Of a stretch of DNA of 64,000 nt, positions 8,496-18,672 are shown one piece after another. Under the pieces are notes generated by a model. That model had not been told where the DNA came from and did no database searches. It worked only from the letters and a program-made list of their open reading frames with translations. Both the position numbers and the translations under genes were made by a program. Position 1 is the first letter of the stretch. Each line of letters starts with the position of its first letter. This DNA comes from an uncultured Gemmatimonadales bacterium (GTDB taxonomy: Bacteria > Gemmatimonadota > Gemmatimonadetes > Longimicrobiales > RSA9), in the NCBI GenBank assembly GCA_963798845.1, contig CAWCUS010000006.1:960001-1024000 (forward strand). The letters run 5' to 3'.

Positions 8496-10455
8496 ATGGT
8501 CGAATGGTTCAGGAACACGCGCGTTCGCAACAAGATCCTGCTGGGCTACGGCATCGTCGTCCTGTTCGCGGCGCTCATCGGCGTGGTCGTCTTCGTCCAG
8601 GGCGCGGCACTGGAAGGGGAGCGCACGCAGCTGGATCGCGTGGAGAACGTGCAGACCGCCACAGCGCTCATGAACGCGGCCGTCGCGGACCGGCTGACGG
8701 CGCTGCGCGACTTCATCATCACGGGGCAACCCGGGGCGCTGGAGCAGTACACCGCGGCCGGGGAGCGACTCCGGCAGCACGCGCAGGAGGCGCGCTCGCT
8801 CATCCGCGATTCGACGCAGCTGGCTCGGCTGGACACGGCTGTGACGGTGGCTGAGGTGTGGACGCACGAGGTGGCGGAGCCAGCCATCGAGGCGCGCCGC
8901 ACCGTGGGCAGCATGCAGCTGCCGCAGAACGTCCTGGCGGCGCTGAGCGGCGGGGAGGGTGCGCGCGCGAGGGACGTGCTCCGTCGCCTGGACCAGCGGG
9001 CGCAGGACATCGCGGATGAGCGGCATGCCCGCATGCAGGAAGCCGTGGCGCGGATGCAGCTCCTGACCGTGGTGCTGACGGTTCTGGCGGTGGCGGTCGG
9101 GATCGCCGTCGCGGCGTGGATCGCCTCGCGCATCGCCGGACCGCTGAACCGTGCGGTTCTGTTCGCGGAATCGGTGGCCGGCGGAGACCTCACCGGTCGG
9201 CTGGCGTCCACGGGAGACGACGAGCTGGGGCGGCTGGAGGAGTCCCTGAACACAATGTCGTCCAAGCTGCGCCAGCTGGTGGGCGAAGTGAACGAGACCA
9301 CGACGCAGGTGGCTTCGGCGGCGGAAGAGATCGCCGCGACATCCGAGCGGATCTCCGGGACGGTGGACGACCAGGTCGGGGCGACGGAGGCCATGTCGTC
9401 GTCAATGGAAGAGATTGCCGCGCAGATCGCCCGGGTTGCGCAGAACACGGAGGACCTGGCGGCATCGGTGGACCAGACATTCGAGCTCGATCGCGCAGAT
9501 GGGTCAGGCGATCGAATCGACGGCGGTGAACTCGGAAGCGCTGGGCAGCGCGGTGGACGAGACATCGACCACCATGGAGGAGATGGCGGCGTCCATCACG
9601 CAGGCGGAGCGGCATGCCGACGAGACGCGCCGGATCGCGGAAACGGCGGCGGAGGATGCGCAGGAGGGGGGGGCCGCCATGAGCCAGGTCACGGCGGGAA
9701 TGGAAGGGATCCACGAAGAGCTGGACCAGCTCGTGGCGACGATCCAGGCGCTCGACCGGGCGGGGGAGTCGGTGGGGCGGATCTCGGAGCTCATGGAGGA
9801 CATCGCGGACCAGACCAACCTGCTGGCCCTGAACGCATCGATCGAGGCGGCGCGGGCCGGCGAGCACGGTCGCGGCTTCGCGGTCGTGGCGCAGGAGGTC
9901 CGTCGCCTCGCCGAGCGCTCCGTCGAGTCGGCGCGCGACATCCGCGACACCATCAACGAAGTCCGGGACCGGGTTCGCGACGCCAGCGTGTCGAGCGACG
10001 TCATGGCCGCGCGCACGCGGGAAGGGCGGGAGGTGGTGAGCCGGGCCGCGGAGACGCTGTCGAAGATCCTCGAATCGTCGGGGCGGACCCGGAGCCTGAT
10101 GGACGAAGTGGCGGTGGCGACGCAGGAGCAGACGAAGGCGGCGTCGCAGACGCACGAGGCGATGCGCCACATCCAGGGGATCGCGGAGCAGTCGCGCATC
10201 GCCACGAAGGAGCAGGCGCTGAGCAGTCGCCAGATCGTGGAGGCGGTGGAGCGGATGAACCGGCAGACGCAGGAGGTGTTCGAGGCGACGGCGGAGCAGA
10301 AGAAGGGTGGGGAGCTGGTCCTGCAGAGCACGGAGGAGATCAGCATCGGCGCGCGCGACGCCCAGGCGGCCGTCCAGGAGCTGGTGAAGGCCGCGCAGGA
10401 CCTGTCCGCACAGGCCAGCCGCCTCACTACCCTGGTGAGCACGTTCCATGTCTGA
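8496..10455 (+). CDS. Methyl-accepting chemotaxis protein, split by a +1 frameshift at 9480-9481 in this assembly
   Basis: TM-periplasmic-TM-HAMP part in the frame starting 8496. Signalling hairpin [30 protein letters not shown] in the frame of ORF 9415..10455. Removing one T from GACATTCG restores DQTSSSIAQM (652 aa). Confidence 0.9.
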
Positions 10456-12235
10456 ATCCGACGCGCTCCAGGCGCTGGTCGGGGACGACGAATGGCTTCG
10501 GCACCGCGTTCTCGAGCGACTCCGGGCCGCCGGGGCTTCCGACGACCAGCTCGCTGCCTTCCGGTCCGCCCTCGGCGACCCCAATGCCACAGCCCGTGCG
10601 GCCGCCCGGATGGCGCTGGCGGCGACCGCGGCGGAGGGGTCGCCGTCGGCCGCGCCCGCCCGCCGGCTCCTGCTCGACGCCCTCGGCTCGCGTGACGAAG
10701 GCCTCCGCGTCCTCGCCGCCTCCGCCCTCGGGGAGAGCGGGTCGGATGACGCCGTCGGACCCCTGATCGACGCCCTCGACGACCCGTCGTCCAATGTCGC
10801 GGCGGCCGCCGCCGACGCGCTGGGGCAGCTGGGCGCGCCCGCAGCCGTGGGGCCCCTGGCGGCGCGCATCGGGACGGAGGACCTCTGGGTCCGGGCCGCC
10901 GTGGTGGTGGCGCTGGGGCGGCTCCGGGACGCGCGGGCGCTCACTGCCCTGGCCAGGGTCGCCCGTCAGCCGGGGCTGGAGGTTCCGCTCATCGAGGCGC
11001 TGCTTCAGATCAGTGATCCCGATTCGCTGCCGGTGCTGCAGCAGGTCTCCCGCACCGCTCCGCTGGACGCGCTCCTCGCGGCCGGGGCCCTCCTGTCCGC
11101 GTTCCCGGACACGGCCGTTCCCGCCTGGGTGCGCGCGGCGGCGCTGGAACACGAAGCGGAGCTGCGCGCGCGGCTGTCGAGGGAGGACGATCCGGCCGTG
11201 GCCCGGCTGGTCGGGATCGCCGGGCACCCGCAGGGGCTGGAGATGCTGGTGGACCTCGCAGGCCCGCCAAGACGCAGCGAGGCGGCGCTCGCCGGCCTAC
11301 TGGCGGCGCCTCCCCGCGACCGCGCCGTCCCGCTCGTCGCTCACCTCGCCGCGGCCGACCCGGACGACATGGTAACGCTCCTCTCCCTCCTCCCGCCCGT
11401 GGAGGACCCCGACCACATCGCCGTGCTCGTCCCCCTGCTCTCGCACGACGACCCGGACGTTCGAGGCGCAGCAGCAGCCGCGCTGGCCCGCGCGCCCGCG
11501 GACACGGCGCTACCGCTCCTCACAGCCGAGCTGGAGCGGGCGGGCGCGGCGCCGGAGGTGGTGCGGGCCATGGGTGGGCTGCGGGACACGGTTTGCGCCG
11601 CCCTCGTTCCGCTCATGACCGATCCGTCCCCCGAGGTGCGGACCGCGGCGGCCGAAGCGCTGGCGCGGTGCGCCGGCGCGTCCGCCGCGGCGGCGCTGGA
11701 GGACGCCCTGGCGGAGGAGACCTGGCCGGCGACGCGGCGCGCGCTGCTGCGGGCCCTCGGCAGCGCCGGCGGCCCGCTCGGCCCCCTGGTCCTCGCTCTC
11801 GACGACCCCGACCCCGAGACACGCGTTGCGGCCATCGAGGCACTCGGCACCGCCGGAGACCGGGCATCGGTGCCGCATCTGCGTCGCCATCTCGACCGGC
11901 CCGCGCCGGAGGCGGAGGCGCTGGCGGCGCTGCGCGCGCTCGGCCAGGTGGGGAACGGAGGGGCGGCGGAGGGGCTGGTTCCGAGCTTCGCATCGCCGGA
12001 CCTGGAACGCCGCCGGGCGGCGGTCCACTCCGCCGTGGCGCTGGCGCCGCACCTCCCGGAGGACGCGGTGCGGCGCGTCCTCACGGACGCAGATGAATGG
12101 GTGCGGGTCGGAGCCGCGCGGATCCTCGCCCGGCGGGGTGAGGAGGGGCAGGAGGCGCTGGCGCGGTTGGCGTCGTCGGATCGGTCCCCGGCCGTGCGCG
12201 CGGAGGCGAGGCGCCTGCTCGATCGGGAGGGCTGA
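10448..12235 (+). CDS. HEAT/PBS-lyase-like repeat protein
   Basis: Many L-x-D-x-x-x-x-V-R-x-x-A-A-x-A-L repeats; overlaps the MCP stop. Confidence 0.88.
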   Translation: MSESDALQALVGDDEWLRHRVLERLRAAGASDDQLAAFRSALGDPNATARAAARMALAATAAEGSPSAAPARRLLLDALGSRDEGLRVLAASALGESGSDDAVGPLIDALDDPSSNVAAAAADALGQLGAPAAVGPLAARIGTEDLWVRAAVVVALGRLRDARALTALARVARQPGLEVPLIEALLQISDPDSLPVLQQVSRTAPLDALLAAGALLSAFPDTAVPAWVRAAALEHEAELRARLSREDDPAVARLVGIAGHPQGLEMLVDLAGPPRRSEAALAGLLAAPPRDRAVPLVAHLAAADPDDMVTLLSLLPPVEDPDHIAVLVPLLSHDDPDVRGAAAAALARAPADTALPLLTAELERAGAAPEVVRAMGGLRDTVCAALVPLMTDPSPEVRTAAAEALARCAGASAAAALEDALAEETWPATRRALLRALGSAGGPLGPLVLALDDPDPETRVAAIEALGTAGDRASVPHLRRHLDRPAPEAEALAALRALGQVGNGGAAEGLVPSFASPDLERRRAAVHSAVALAPHLPEDAVRRVLTDADEWVRVGAARILARRGEEGQEALARLASSDRSPAVRAEARRLLDREG

Positions 12236-12236
12236 T

Positions 12237-13079
12237 TTGCCGCCACCCCTCACGGACGACGAGTACCGCCTGTTCGCCGAGTGGCTGGCGCGCGAGTACG
12301 GTCTCCGCTTCGGGCCCGAGAAGCGGGAGATCCTGCGAGCTCGACTGGAGCCCCGCCGCGCGGCGCTGAACCTGCCGACGTTCGAGCAGCTCCTCTTTCG
12401 TGTGCGCTATCACCCATCGGCGGGGGAGGAGCGACTGCGGCTCGTCTCGCACCTGACGAACAACGAGAGCTACTTCTTCCGGGAGCGCGGGAAGCTGGAT
12501 GTGCTGCGCGACGAGGTGCTCCCGAAGCTGGCGCGGGAAGCGAAGGCGGCCGGCAGGTCGCAGCTGCGGATCCTGAGCGCCGGGAGCGCCTCGGGAGAGG
12601 AGGCGTATTCGCTGGCCAGCGTCGCCCTGGACGCGCTCCGTGGCACCGGCATTGGCCCGCTGGTCACCGGCGTGGACCTGGACGAGTCTGCGCTCGAGCG
12701 GGCCCGGCGCGCCGTCTATCGTGGCCACGCCTTCCGGGGCGTCGACGCCGAGCTCCGCGACCGCCTCTTCACCGCGGACGGAGACGGGATGTGGCGGCTG
12801 GATTCCCGCGTGCGCGCTGCGGCACGGTTTCAGCAGGGCAACCTGGTGGATCCCGGCTTCCCCGCGAAGCTGCCGGAGCAGGACGTGGTGTTCTGTCGCA
12901 ACGTCCTGATCTACTTCGACGACGCCGGGATCCGGCGCGCCGTGGACAACCTCTACGAGGTCGTGCGGCCCGGGGGCTATCTCTTCCTGGGCCATTCGGA
13001 GACGCTGAGCCGCGTCCCGACCCGGTTCGTGCCGGAGCGGCGGCCCGGTGCCGTCATGTACTCGCGGGCGAAGGAGTGA
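12237..13079 (+). CDS. cheR: Protein-glutamate O-methyltransferase CheR
   Basis: LTNNESYFFRE, ILSAGSASGEEAYS, VFCRNVLIYF and LFLGHSE; TTG start after GGGAGG. Confidence 0.94.
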   Translation: MPPPLTDDEYRLFAEWLAREYGLRFGPEKREILRARLEPRRAALNLPTFEQLLFRVRYHPSAGEERLRLVSHLTNNESYFFRERGKLDVLRDEVLPKLAREAKAAGRSQLRILSAGSASGEEAYSLASVALDALRGTGIGPLVTGVDLDESALERARRAVYRGHAFRGVDAELRDRLFTADGDGMWRLDSRVRAAARFQQGNLVDPGFPAKLPEQDVVFCRNVLIYFDDAGIRRAVDNLYEVVRPGGYLFLGHSETLSRVPTRFVPERRPGAVMYSRAKE

Positions 13080-13080
13080 T

Positions 13081-14133
13081 GTGCCGGAGCCGATCGAGGT
13101 GCTGGTAGTGGACGACTCGCCGTTCGTCCGCAGCGCGGTGAAGCGGATGCTCGCGCCGCTCGAGCAGGTCCGGGTGGTGGGTACGGCGGGGGACGGTCGG
13201 GAGGCGGTGGAGCAGGTGGAGCGCCTTCATCCGGACGTGGTCATCCTCGACATCGCCATGCCGGAGGTGGACGGGCTGGAAGCCATACGCCAGATCATGG
13301 CGACACGGCCCACGCCCATCCTCGTGCTCAGCTCGCACACTCGCCCTGGCGCCGAGATCACGCTGAGGGCGCTGGACCTCGGGGCCGTCGACTTCATAAG
13401 CAAGGCGCAGGCAGGAACCCGCATGGACATTTACCAGCTCGCGCCCGCACTCCGGGAGAAGGTCCTGGGCGTAGCCGTGTCCAGGCTCTCGGCCGGGGCC
13501 CCCTCGTCCGCGGATGTGGAGATCGGGCGTGCCGAGCGCCGCACGTTCCGAACGCCCTCGTACGATGTCCTGGCCATCGGCGCCTCCACGGGTGGGCCGC
13601 GCGCGCTCGTCCGGATCCTCGGCTCGCTCCCCTCCCCTTTCCCGGCCGGGATCGTCATCGCGCAGCACATGCCGGCGGGGTTCACCGCCACGCTCGCCGA
13701 GCGCCTGGACCGTCGCTCGGAGCTGCAGGTCCGCGAAGCCCGCGACGGAGACCGGATCGAGCCGGGTGTGGCGCTGCTCGGGGTGGGAGGACGGCAGTTT
13801 CGGGTCGAGAGTGGCCCTGATGGCCTCCGCGCCCGCGTACCCTCAGAGCCGGACCGCTTCCTCCACCGCCCCTCAGTGGACCACCTCCTCTCTTCCGTTG
13901 CGCGGGCGGCGGGCTCGCGCGCCATCGGAATGGTGCTCACGGGGATGGGTCAGGACGGGGCGAAAGGGCTCGCCGATGTGCGCCGTGCGGGCGGGCGCAC
14001 GCTGGCGGAGTCGGAGGAGAGCGCCGTGATCTTCGGCATGCCGCGCGCCGCCGCTCCGCACGCCGAGCAGGTGCTCCCGCTGGATCGACTCCCGGCCGCC
14101 ATCGTCGACCTCTTCGCGGCGGAGTCCGGCTGA
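13081..14133 (+). CDS. cheB: Chemotaxis methylesterase CheB (REC + esterase)
   Basis: VVDDS REC domain; IGASTGGP, QHMP, RPSVD and LTGMGQDGA. Confidence 0.95.
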   Translation: MPEPIEVLVVDDSPFVRSAVKRMLAPLEQVRVVGTAGDGREAVEQVERLHPDVVILDIAMPEVDGLEAIRQIMATRPTPILVLSSHTRPGAEITLRALDLGAVDFISKAQAGTRMDIYQLAPALREKVLGVAVSRLSAGAPSSADVEIGRAERRTFRTPSYDVLAIGASTGGPRALVRILGSLPSPFPAGIVIAQHMPAGFTATLAERLDRRSELQVREARDGDRIEPGVALLGVGGRQFRVESGPDGLRARVPSEPDRFLHRPSVDHLLSSVARAAGSRAIGMVLTGMGQDGAKGLADVRRAGGRTLAESEESAVIFGMPRAAAPHAEQVLPLDRLPAAIVDLFAAESG

Positions 14134-15734
14134 TGGCGCGGATCCTGGTGGTGGACGACCAGAAGATCTCCCGCCTCACTCTCGCCGGGATCCTGGGCGA
14201 GGCGAGCCACAGCGTGCGCGTGGAGGCGAGCGGAGCCGAGGGGTTGAGCGCCGCGCGATCCTGGCTGCCGGACGTCATCATCCTCGATGTCCACATGCCC
14301 GGAATGGACGGCTTCGCCGTGGTCGAGCGGCTGAAGCAGGATCCGCTCACCGAGTCGATCCCCGTGGTCTTCCTGACAGGCGACCCGCCCACCGACGAGC
14401 TCATCGTCCGTGGCCTGGACCTCGGCGCGTACGACTTCCTGAGCAAGGGGTGCAGCAAGGCGGAGCTGCTGGCCAGGGTCGGCGTGATGGAGCGCATCAA
14501 GCGCGGGCACGACGAGCTCTCTGCCATCGCCCGGATCTCGGACGCGTTGCTCCATTCGGTCGATCCGGAGGCGCTCGCGAGCCAGTTCATTCGGGAAGCG
14601 CGCAAGGTGTTCCGCGCCGACGCCGTCGCCGTGGCGGTTCGGCGCCGCGGGAGCGATCGCGTCCGCGCGCAGGAGGGGCTCGACGACGTGGAGGATCTCG
14701 ACGATCTCCTTGCCGCTCTCGGCGACCGCGTCCGCGATGGCGACAGCGCCGTGACCGAGTTCCTCGACGACCAGGCCGTCGCCGTGGTCGTCTCGCCCCG
14801 GGTGACGGACGGTTTCGGATCTGCCGCCGTCGCGTGCGTCAGCCGCCGGCCCAGCCGCGTACTGGTCGTCCTCCTTGCCCGGGGCGCGGGCGCCTTCCGG
14901 GAGGATGTCGATGGTCCGCTCCTGAAGACGCTGAGCAATCAGGCGGCGATGGCGCTCGATCATGCGCTGCTCAACGAGCGGGCGCGTCGGCAGGCGAGAG
15001 ATCTGGAGCGCGCCATCACGGAGCGATCGAGGTTCTTCGCTTCGCTCAGCCACGAGCTGAGAACGCCGATCAACGCGGTGATCGGATACAATCACCTGCT
15101 CCAGGAGAAGATCTTCGGCGACCTCGGGGAGCAGCAGATGGATGCCCTCGGCAAGGCCAACCGGAGCGCGCAACACCTGCTCGAGCTGGTGGATGACATC
15201 CTGGACATCTCCAAGATCGAGGCGGGCAAGCTGCAGATATTCCCGGAGCAGGTCGAGCTGTCGGCGCTGCTCCGGGACACCGCCACGTCGCTCCAGCTCC
15301 AGGCCCGCGAGAAGGGGATCTACCTGGACATCGAGGCCCCCGAGCGCGTGGTGGTCGAAACCGACCCCGCACGCGTCCGGCAGATCGTTCTCAACCTCCT
15401 GTCCAACGCCGTCAAGTTCACCGATGACGGCGGCGTCAAGGTCACCCTCGGCACGCCCGACTCCGGCGACGGGCGCGGCCACGTGGAGGTGCGAGTGCGG
15501 GACACCGGCCCCGGCATCTCGGCTGCGGACCGCGAGCGCGTCTTCGACGAGTTCGAGCAGGTCGGCCGGAACGCGGGACCTGGCGGAACCGGCCCCGGCG
15601 GCACCGGCCTCGGCCTCGCCATCTCCCGGCGGCTCGCCGAGCTCCTGGGCGGCGAGCTCCGCCTGGAGAGCGAGCTGGGCAGCGGGTCCACCTTCATCCT
15701 GACGCTGCCGGAGAAGACCGCGAAACCCGCGTAG
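14133..15734 (+). CDS. Hybrid sensor histidine kinase (REC, GAF-like, HisKA, HATPase)
   Basis: N-terminal REC (VVDD, DVHMPGMDG); SHELRTP, NLLSNAVKFT, DTGPGI and GTGLGL. Confidence 0.92.
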   Translation: MARILVVDDQKISRLTLAGILGEASHSVRVEASGAEGLSAARSWLPDVIILDVHMPGMDGFAVVERLKQDPLTESIPVVFLTGDPPTDELIVRGLDLGAYDFLSKGCSKAELLARVGVMERIKRGHDELSAIARISDALLHSVDPEALASQFIREARKVFRADAVAVAVRRRGSDRVRAQEGLDDVEDLDDLLAALGDRVRDGDSAVTEFLDDQAVAVVVSPRVTDGFGSAAVACVSRRPSRVLVVLLARGAGAFREDVDGPLLKTLSNQAAMALDHALLNERARRQARDLERAITERSRFFASLSHELRTPINAVIGYNHLLQEKIFGDLGEQQMDALGKANRSAQHLLELVDDILDISKIEAGKLQIFPEQVELSALLRDTATSLQLQAREKGIYLDIEAPERVVVETDPARVRQIVLNLLSNAVKFTDDGGVKVTLGTPDSGDGRGHVEVRVRDTGPGISAADRERVFDEFEQVGRNAGPGGTGPGGTGLGLAISRRLAELLGGELRLESELGSGSTFILTLPEKTAKPA

Positions 15735-15824
15735 CTCGCGGCCGAAAGTCAGCCGGCCGCGGCGAAGGGGTCGTGACGCCATCCGTCGCATCGCCTTATC
15801 CTCCTGCCGTCGTTGCGTCTTCTC

Positions 15825-15850
15825 GCAACCCTACGGACCCCGGTCGTGTC
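15825..15850 (+). promoter_or_regulatory. Candidate ECF-type autoregulatory promoter
   Basis: GCAAC, 17-bp spacer, TGTC upstream of the ECF gene; resembles the general AAC...(C)GT ECF pattern. Confidence 0.35.
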
Positions 15851-15890
15851 CCATAGACCGAGGACAACGCAAACCGTTCCGCGATCGCGA

Positions 15891-16433
15891 TTGACCGAGA
15901 CAAGGCTGGTGGAGCGCGCGCTCGAGGGCGACGAAGCGGCGGCGCGAACGCTCTACGACGAGAACGTGGACCGCGTCTACCGGCTCGCATACCGGATGTC
16001 CGGAGACGAGGACCTGGCGCGGGAGTTCACGCAGGAGTCGTTCGTCCGTGCCTTCCAGCGGCTCCACCAGTTCCGGGGCCAGGCGGCGCTGGGCACCTGG
16101 CTGCACGCGATCACCGTCTCGGTCACGCTGAACGGACTGCGGAAGGTGAAGCGGCACCGGAGCCGGGAAGTGGAGCTGGACGCTGCGGCGCCGGGGCAGA
16201 CCCGGCCCGTGGCGGTGGAGCCGGACCTGAAGCAGCGGCTGCACCAGGCCATAGACGGGCTGCCCGAGATCTACAGGATGGTGTTCGTGATGCACGACGT
16301 GGAAGGCTACACGCACGAGGAGATCGGTGAGACGCTGGACGTCGCGGCCGGGACATCCAAGGCCAGGCTGTTCCGGGCGCGCAGGATCCTGCGCGAAGAG
16401 CTGTCGGAATTCGCCGAGGAGTATGCCGTATGA
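15891..16433 (+). CDS. ECF RNA polymerase sigma factor (start uncertain, 15813-15891)
   Basis: Region 2 (LAREFTQESFVRAF...TWL) and region 4 (EGYTHEEIGETL...GTSKARLFRAR). Confidence 0.93.
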   Translation: MTETRLVERALEGDEAAARTLYDENVDRVYRLAYRMSGDEDLAREFTQESFVRAFQRLHQFRGQAALGTWLHAITVSVTLNGLRKVKRHRSREVELDAAAPGQTRPVAVEPDLKQRLHQAIDGLPEIYRMVFVMHDVEGYTHEEIGETLDVAAGTSKARLFRARRILREELSEFAEEYAV

Positions 16434-17107
16434 GTGAGCGGGACATGAACCTTGAGCGGCTGCTCGACGACGCCGCGGACTACAACGCGCCGCCCGCGCC
16501 GCCGCGGGAGGAGATGTGGTCGGAGATCCGCCGCCGGGTGTGGGCGGAGGCCGCCGACGGCGAGGCCATCGACCTCGACGCCCGGCGCGAGGCGAAGAAC
16601 CGCCGCTGGAGCCCCCGCCGCTGGACGCCGTGGGCGCTGGGGTTCGCCGCCGCCGCGATGCTGGCGGTGGGGTTCGGTCTGGGGCGGGTGTCCCGACCGG
16701 CGCTGCCCGGCCCGCAGTCCGGGGCCGCCGGCACCACGATAGCGAAGAGGTCCGATTCATCCGGCCCGTCGCTCCCCGTGCGCCTGGCCACGGCCGAGCA
16801 CATGGATGAAGCCGAGGCGCTGCTCACCGTCTACCGGACCGCGCACGACGAGGAAGACAGGGCGGCTACGGCGAAGTGGGCGCGCGACCTTCTCGGCACG
16901 ACTCGCCTGCTGCTGGACTCGCGTGTGGGCAAGGACCCGAAGATGGCGGACCTGCTCTCCGACCTCGAGCTCGTGCTGGTCCAGATCGCGGACGCCGACG
17001 GCTCGGGGAGCGAAGAGCAGAAGCTGATCGCAGACGGGATCGACGACACGCAGCTGCTGGCCAAGCTGCGTTCGGCGAGCTCGCTGAAAAACGAGATGGC
17101 GCTGTGA
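16430..17107 (+). CDS. Putative single-pass membrane anti-sigma factor
   Basis: ATGA overlap with the ECF gene; PPREEMW N-terminus, one TM helix (WALGFAAAAMLAVGFGLG), helical C-terminal domain. Confidence 0.75.
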   Translation: MSERDMNLERLLDDAADYNAPPAPPREEMWSEIRRRVWAEAADGEAIDLDARREAKNRRWSPRRWTPWALGFAAAAMLAVGFGLGRVSRPALPGPQSGAAGTTIAKRSDSSGPSLPVRLATAEHMDEAEALLTVYRTAHDEEDRAATAKWARDLLGTTRLLLDSRVGKDPKMADLLSDLELVLVQIADADGSGSEEQKLIADGIDDTQLLAKLRSASSLKNEMAL

Positions 17108-17133
17108 TGGCCGGAATACAAAGGAGCTCGACG

Positions 17134-18672
17134 ATGAACCGCATACGTATCATTTCCCTCGCGCTCGTGCTCGTGCCGGCCGCCCTGCACGCGGACCAGG
17201 CCCGGGCGGACCTGATCGGGGGGGACGGCCTCGCGGCGCTGGCCCCGGAGGCGTGGAGCCAGCAGGATCCGGCCGACTCGCTCTACCGGACCGCACGGGA
17301 AGCGATGAACCAGGGGGAGCCCAACCGCGCGGCAACGCTCTTCCACCGGATCTGGAACCAGTTCCCGAAGTCCACCTACGCGCCCGACGCGCCGTACTGG
17401 GAGGCGTTCAACCGCTATCGCACGAGCGAGACGGACGCGCTGCAGCAGGCGCTGGAAGCGCTGGCCATGCAGCGAGAGCGGTTCGCCAAGGCCCCGACGC
17501 GCACGAACGGAGACGCCCAGGCGCTCGAGACGCGCATCCTCGGGATCCTCGCCCGGCGCGGCGACGAGCAGTCGGCGGCCACGGTGGTGGCCGCGGCAAA
17601 CCGTGTGGCCGGCGTGGTCAACGATCCCGAGTTCCAGGCGCGGATGGCGGAGCTGGGCGAGCGCATGGCCGAGCACAGCCGCGTCCTCGCGGACGAGATC
17701 GGCGGCGCCATGAGCGGCGTGGCCGAAGAGGTGGCCTCGGCCATGGGCGGCGTCCACATCCGCGCCGGAGACGACATTCCCGAGCAGTGCCGTGAGCAGG
17801 TGGAGGTGCAGATGTCCGCACTCAACGCGCTGCTGCACATGAATGCCGATCGCGCCATGCCGGTGCTGAAGAAGATCATGGCGCGGCGCGACGAGTGCGC
17901 GCCTCCACTCCGCCGCCGGGCCGTCTTCCTGATCGCGGAGCAGCAGACGCCCACGAGCGTCGACATGCTCCTGGACGCGGCGAAGAACGATCCGGACGTG
18001 GAAGTGCAGAGGCAGGCGGTTTTCTGGCTGTCCGAAGTGGACGACGACCGCGCGGTGGACGCTCTCGCGCAGTTCGTGAAAAGCTCGGCCGACGCCGAGA
18101 CGCGCGAGCGCGCCGTGTTCGCCCTGTCCCAGCATTCGAGCCCGCGCGCGCGCCAGGTGCTCCGCTCCGTGACGCAGGACGCGTCGATGTCGGAGAGCGT
18201 ACGGTCCAAGGCCATCTTCTGGCTCGGCAGCGAGGGGAACGCGGACGACGTGCAGTTCCTGAAGGGGCTGTTCGGGAAGCTGCAGTCGCGCGAGCTGCAG
18301 GAGCGCGTGATCATGGCCGTCGCGCAGGGGGACCACCCGGACGGCGCATGGCTGCTCGCCCTCGGGAGCAATCCGAACGTGGACAGCGAGCTCCGGAGCA
18401 AGGCGATCTTCTGGGCCGCCGAGGCGGGCGTATCCGCCGAAGACCTGGGCGCGCTGTACGGCCGCCTCGAGACCCGTGAGCTGAAGGAGCGCGTGCTGTT
18501 CGCGCTCTCCGAGAGTGACCAGCCGGCGGCCATCGATCGGCTGATCCGGATCGCGCGCACCGAGAAGGACCCCGAGCTCAGGAAGAAGGCGCTCTTCTGG
18601 CTCGGCAACTCCAACGACCCGCGAGCGGCCGACGTGCTCATGGAGATCCTGAGCGGGCCGGGCGGCCAGTGA
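17134..18672 (+). CDS. Exported HEAT-repeat protein with N-terminal TPR/BamD-like segment
   Basis: AAGGAG RBS, signal peptide MNRIRIISLALVLVPAALHA, DSLY...FPKSTYAPDAPYW segment, then repeated R-x-x-A-(V/I/L)-F-(W/A)-L units. Confidence 0.85.
   Translation: MNRIRIISLALVLVPAALHADQARADLIGGDGLAALAPEAWSQQDPADSLYRTAREAMNQGEPNRAATLFHRIWNQFPKSTYAPDAPYWEAFNRYRTSETDALQQALEALAMQRERFAKAPTRTNGDAQALETRILGILARRGDEQSAATVVAAANRVAGVVNDPEFQARMAELGERMAEHSRVLADEIGGAMSGVAEEVASAMGGVHIRAGDDIPEQCREQVEVQMSALNALLHMNADRAMPVLKKIMARRDECAPPLRRRAVFLIAEQQTPTSVDMLLDAAKNDPDVEVQRQAVFWLSEVDDDRAVDALAQFVKSSADAETRERAVFALSQHSSPRARQVLRSVTQDASMSESVRSKAIFWLGSEGNADDVQFLKGLFGKLQSRELQERVIMAVAQGDHPDGAWLLALGSNPNVDSELRSKAIFWAAEAGVSAEDLGALYGRLETRELKERVLFALSESDQPAAIDRLIRIARTEKDPELRKKALFWLGNSNDPRAADVLMEILSGPGGQ

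Noticed and set aside
15576..15612. GPGGT-GPGGT duplication before the kinase G2 box
   Set aside because: A short in-frame duplication in the ATP-lid loop with no evidence of special function.
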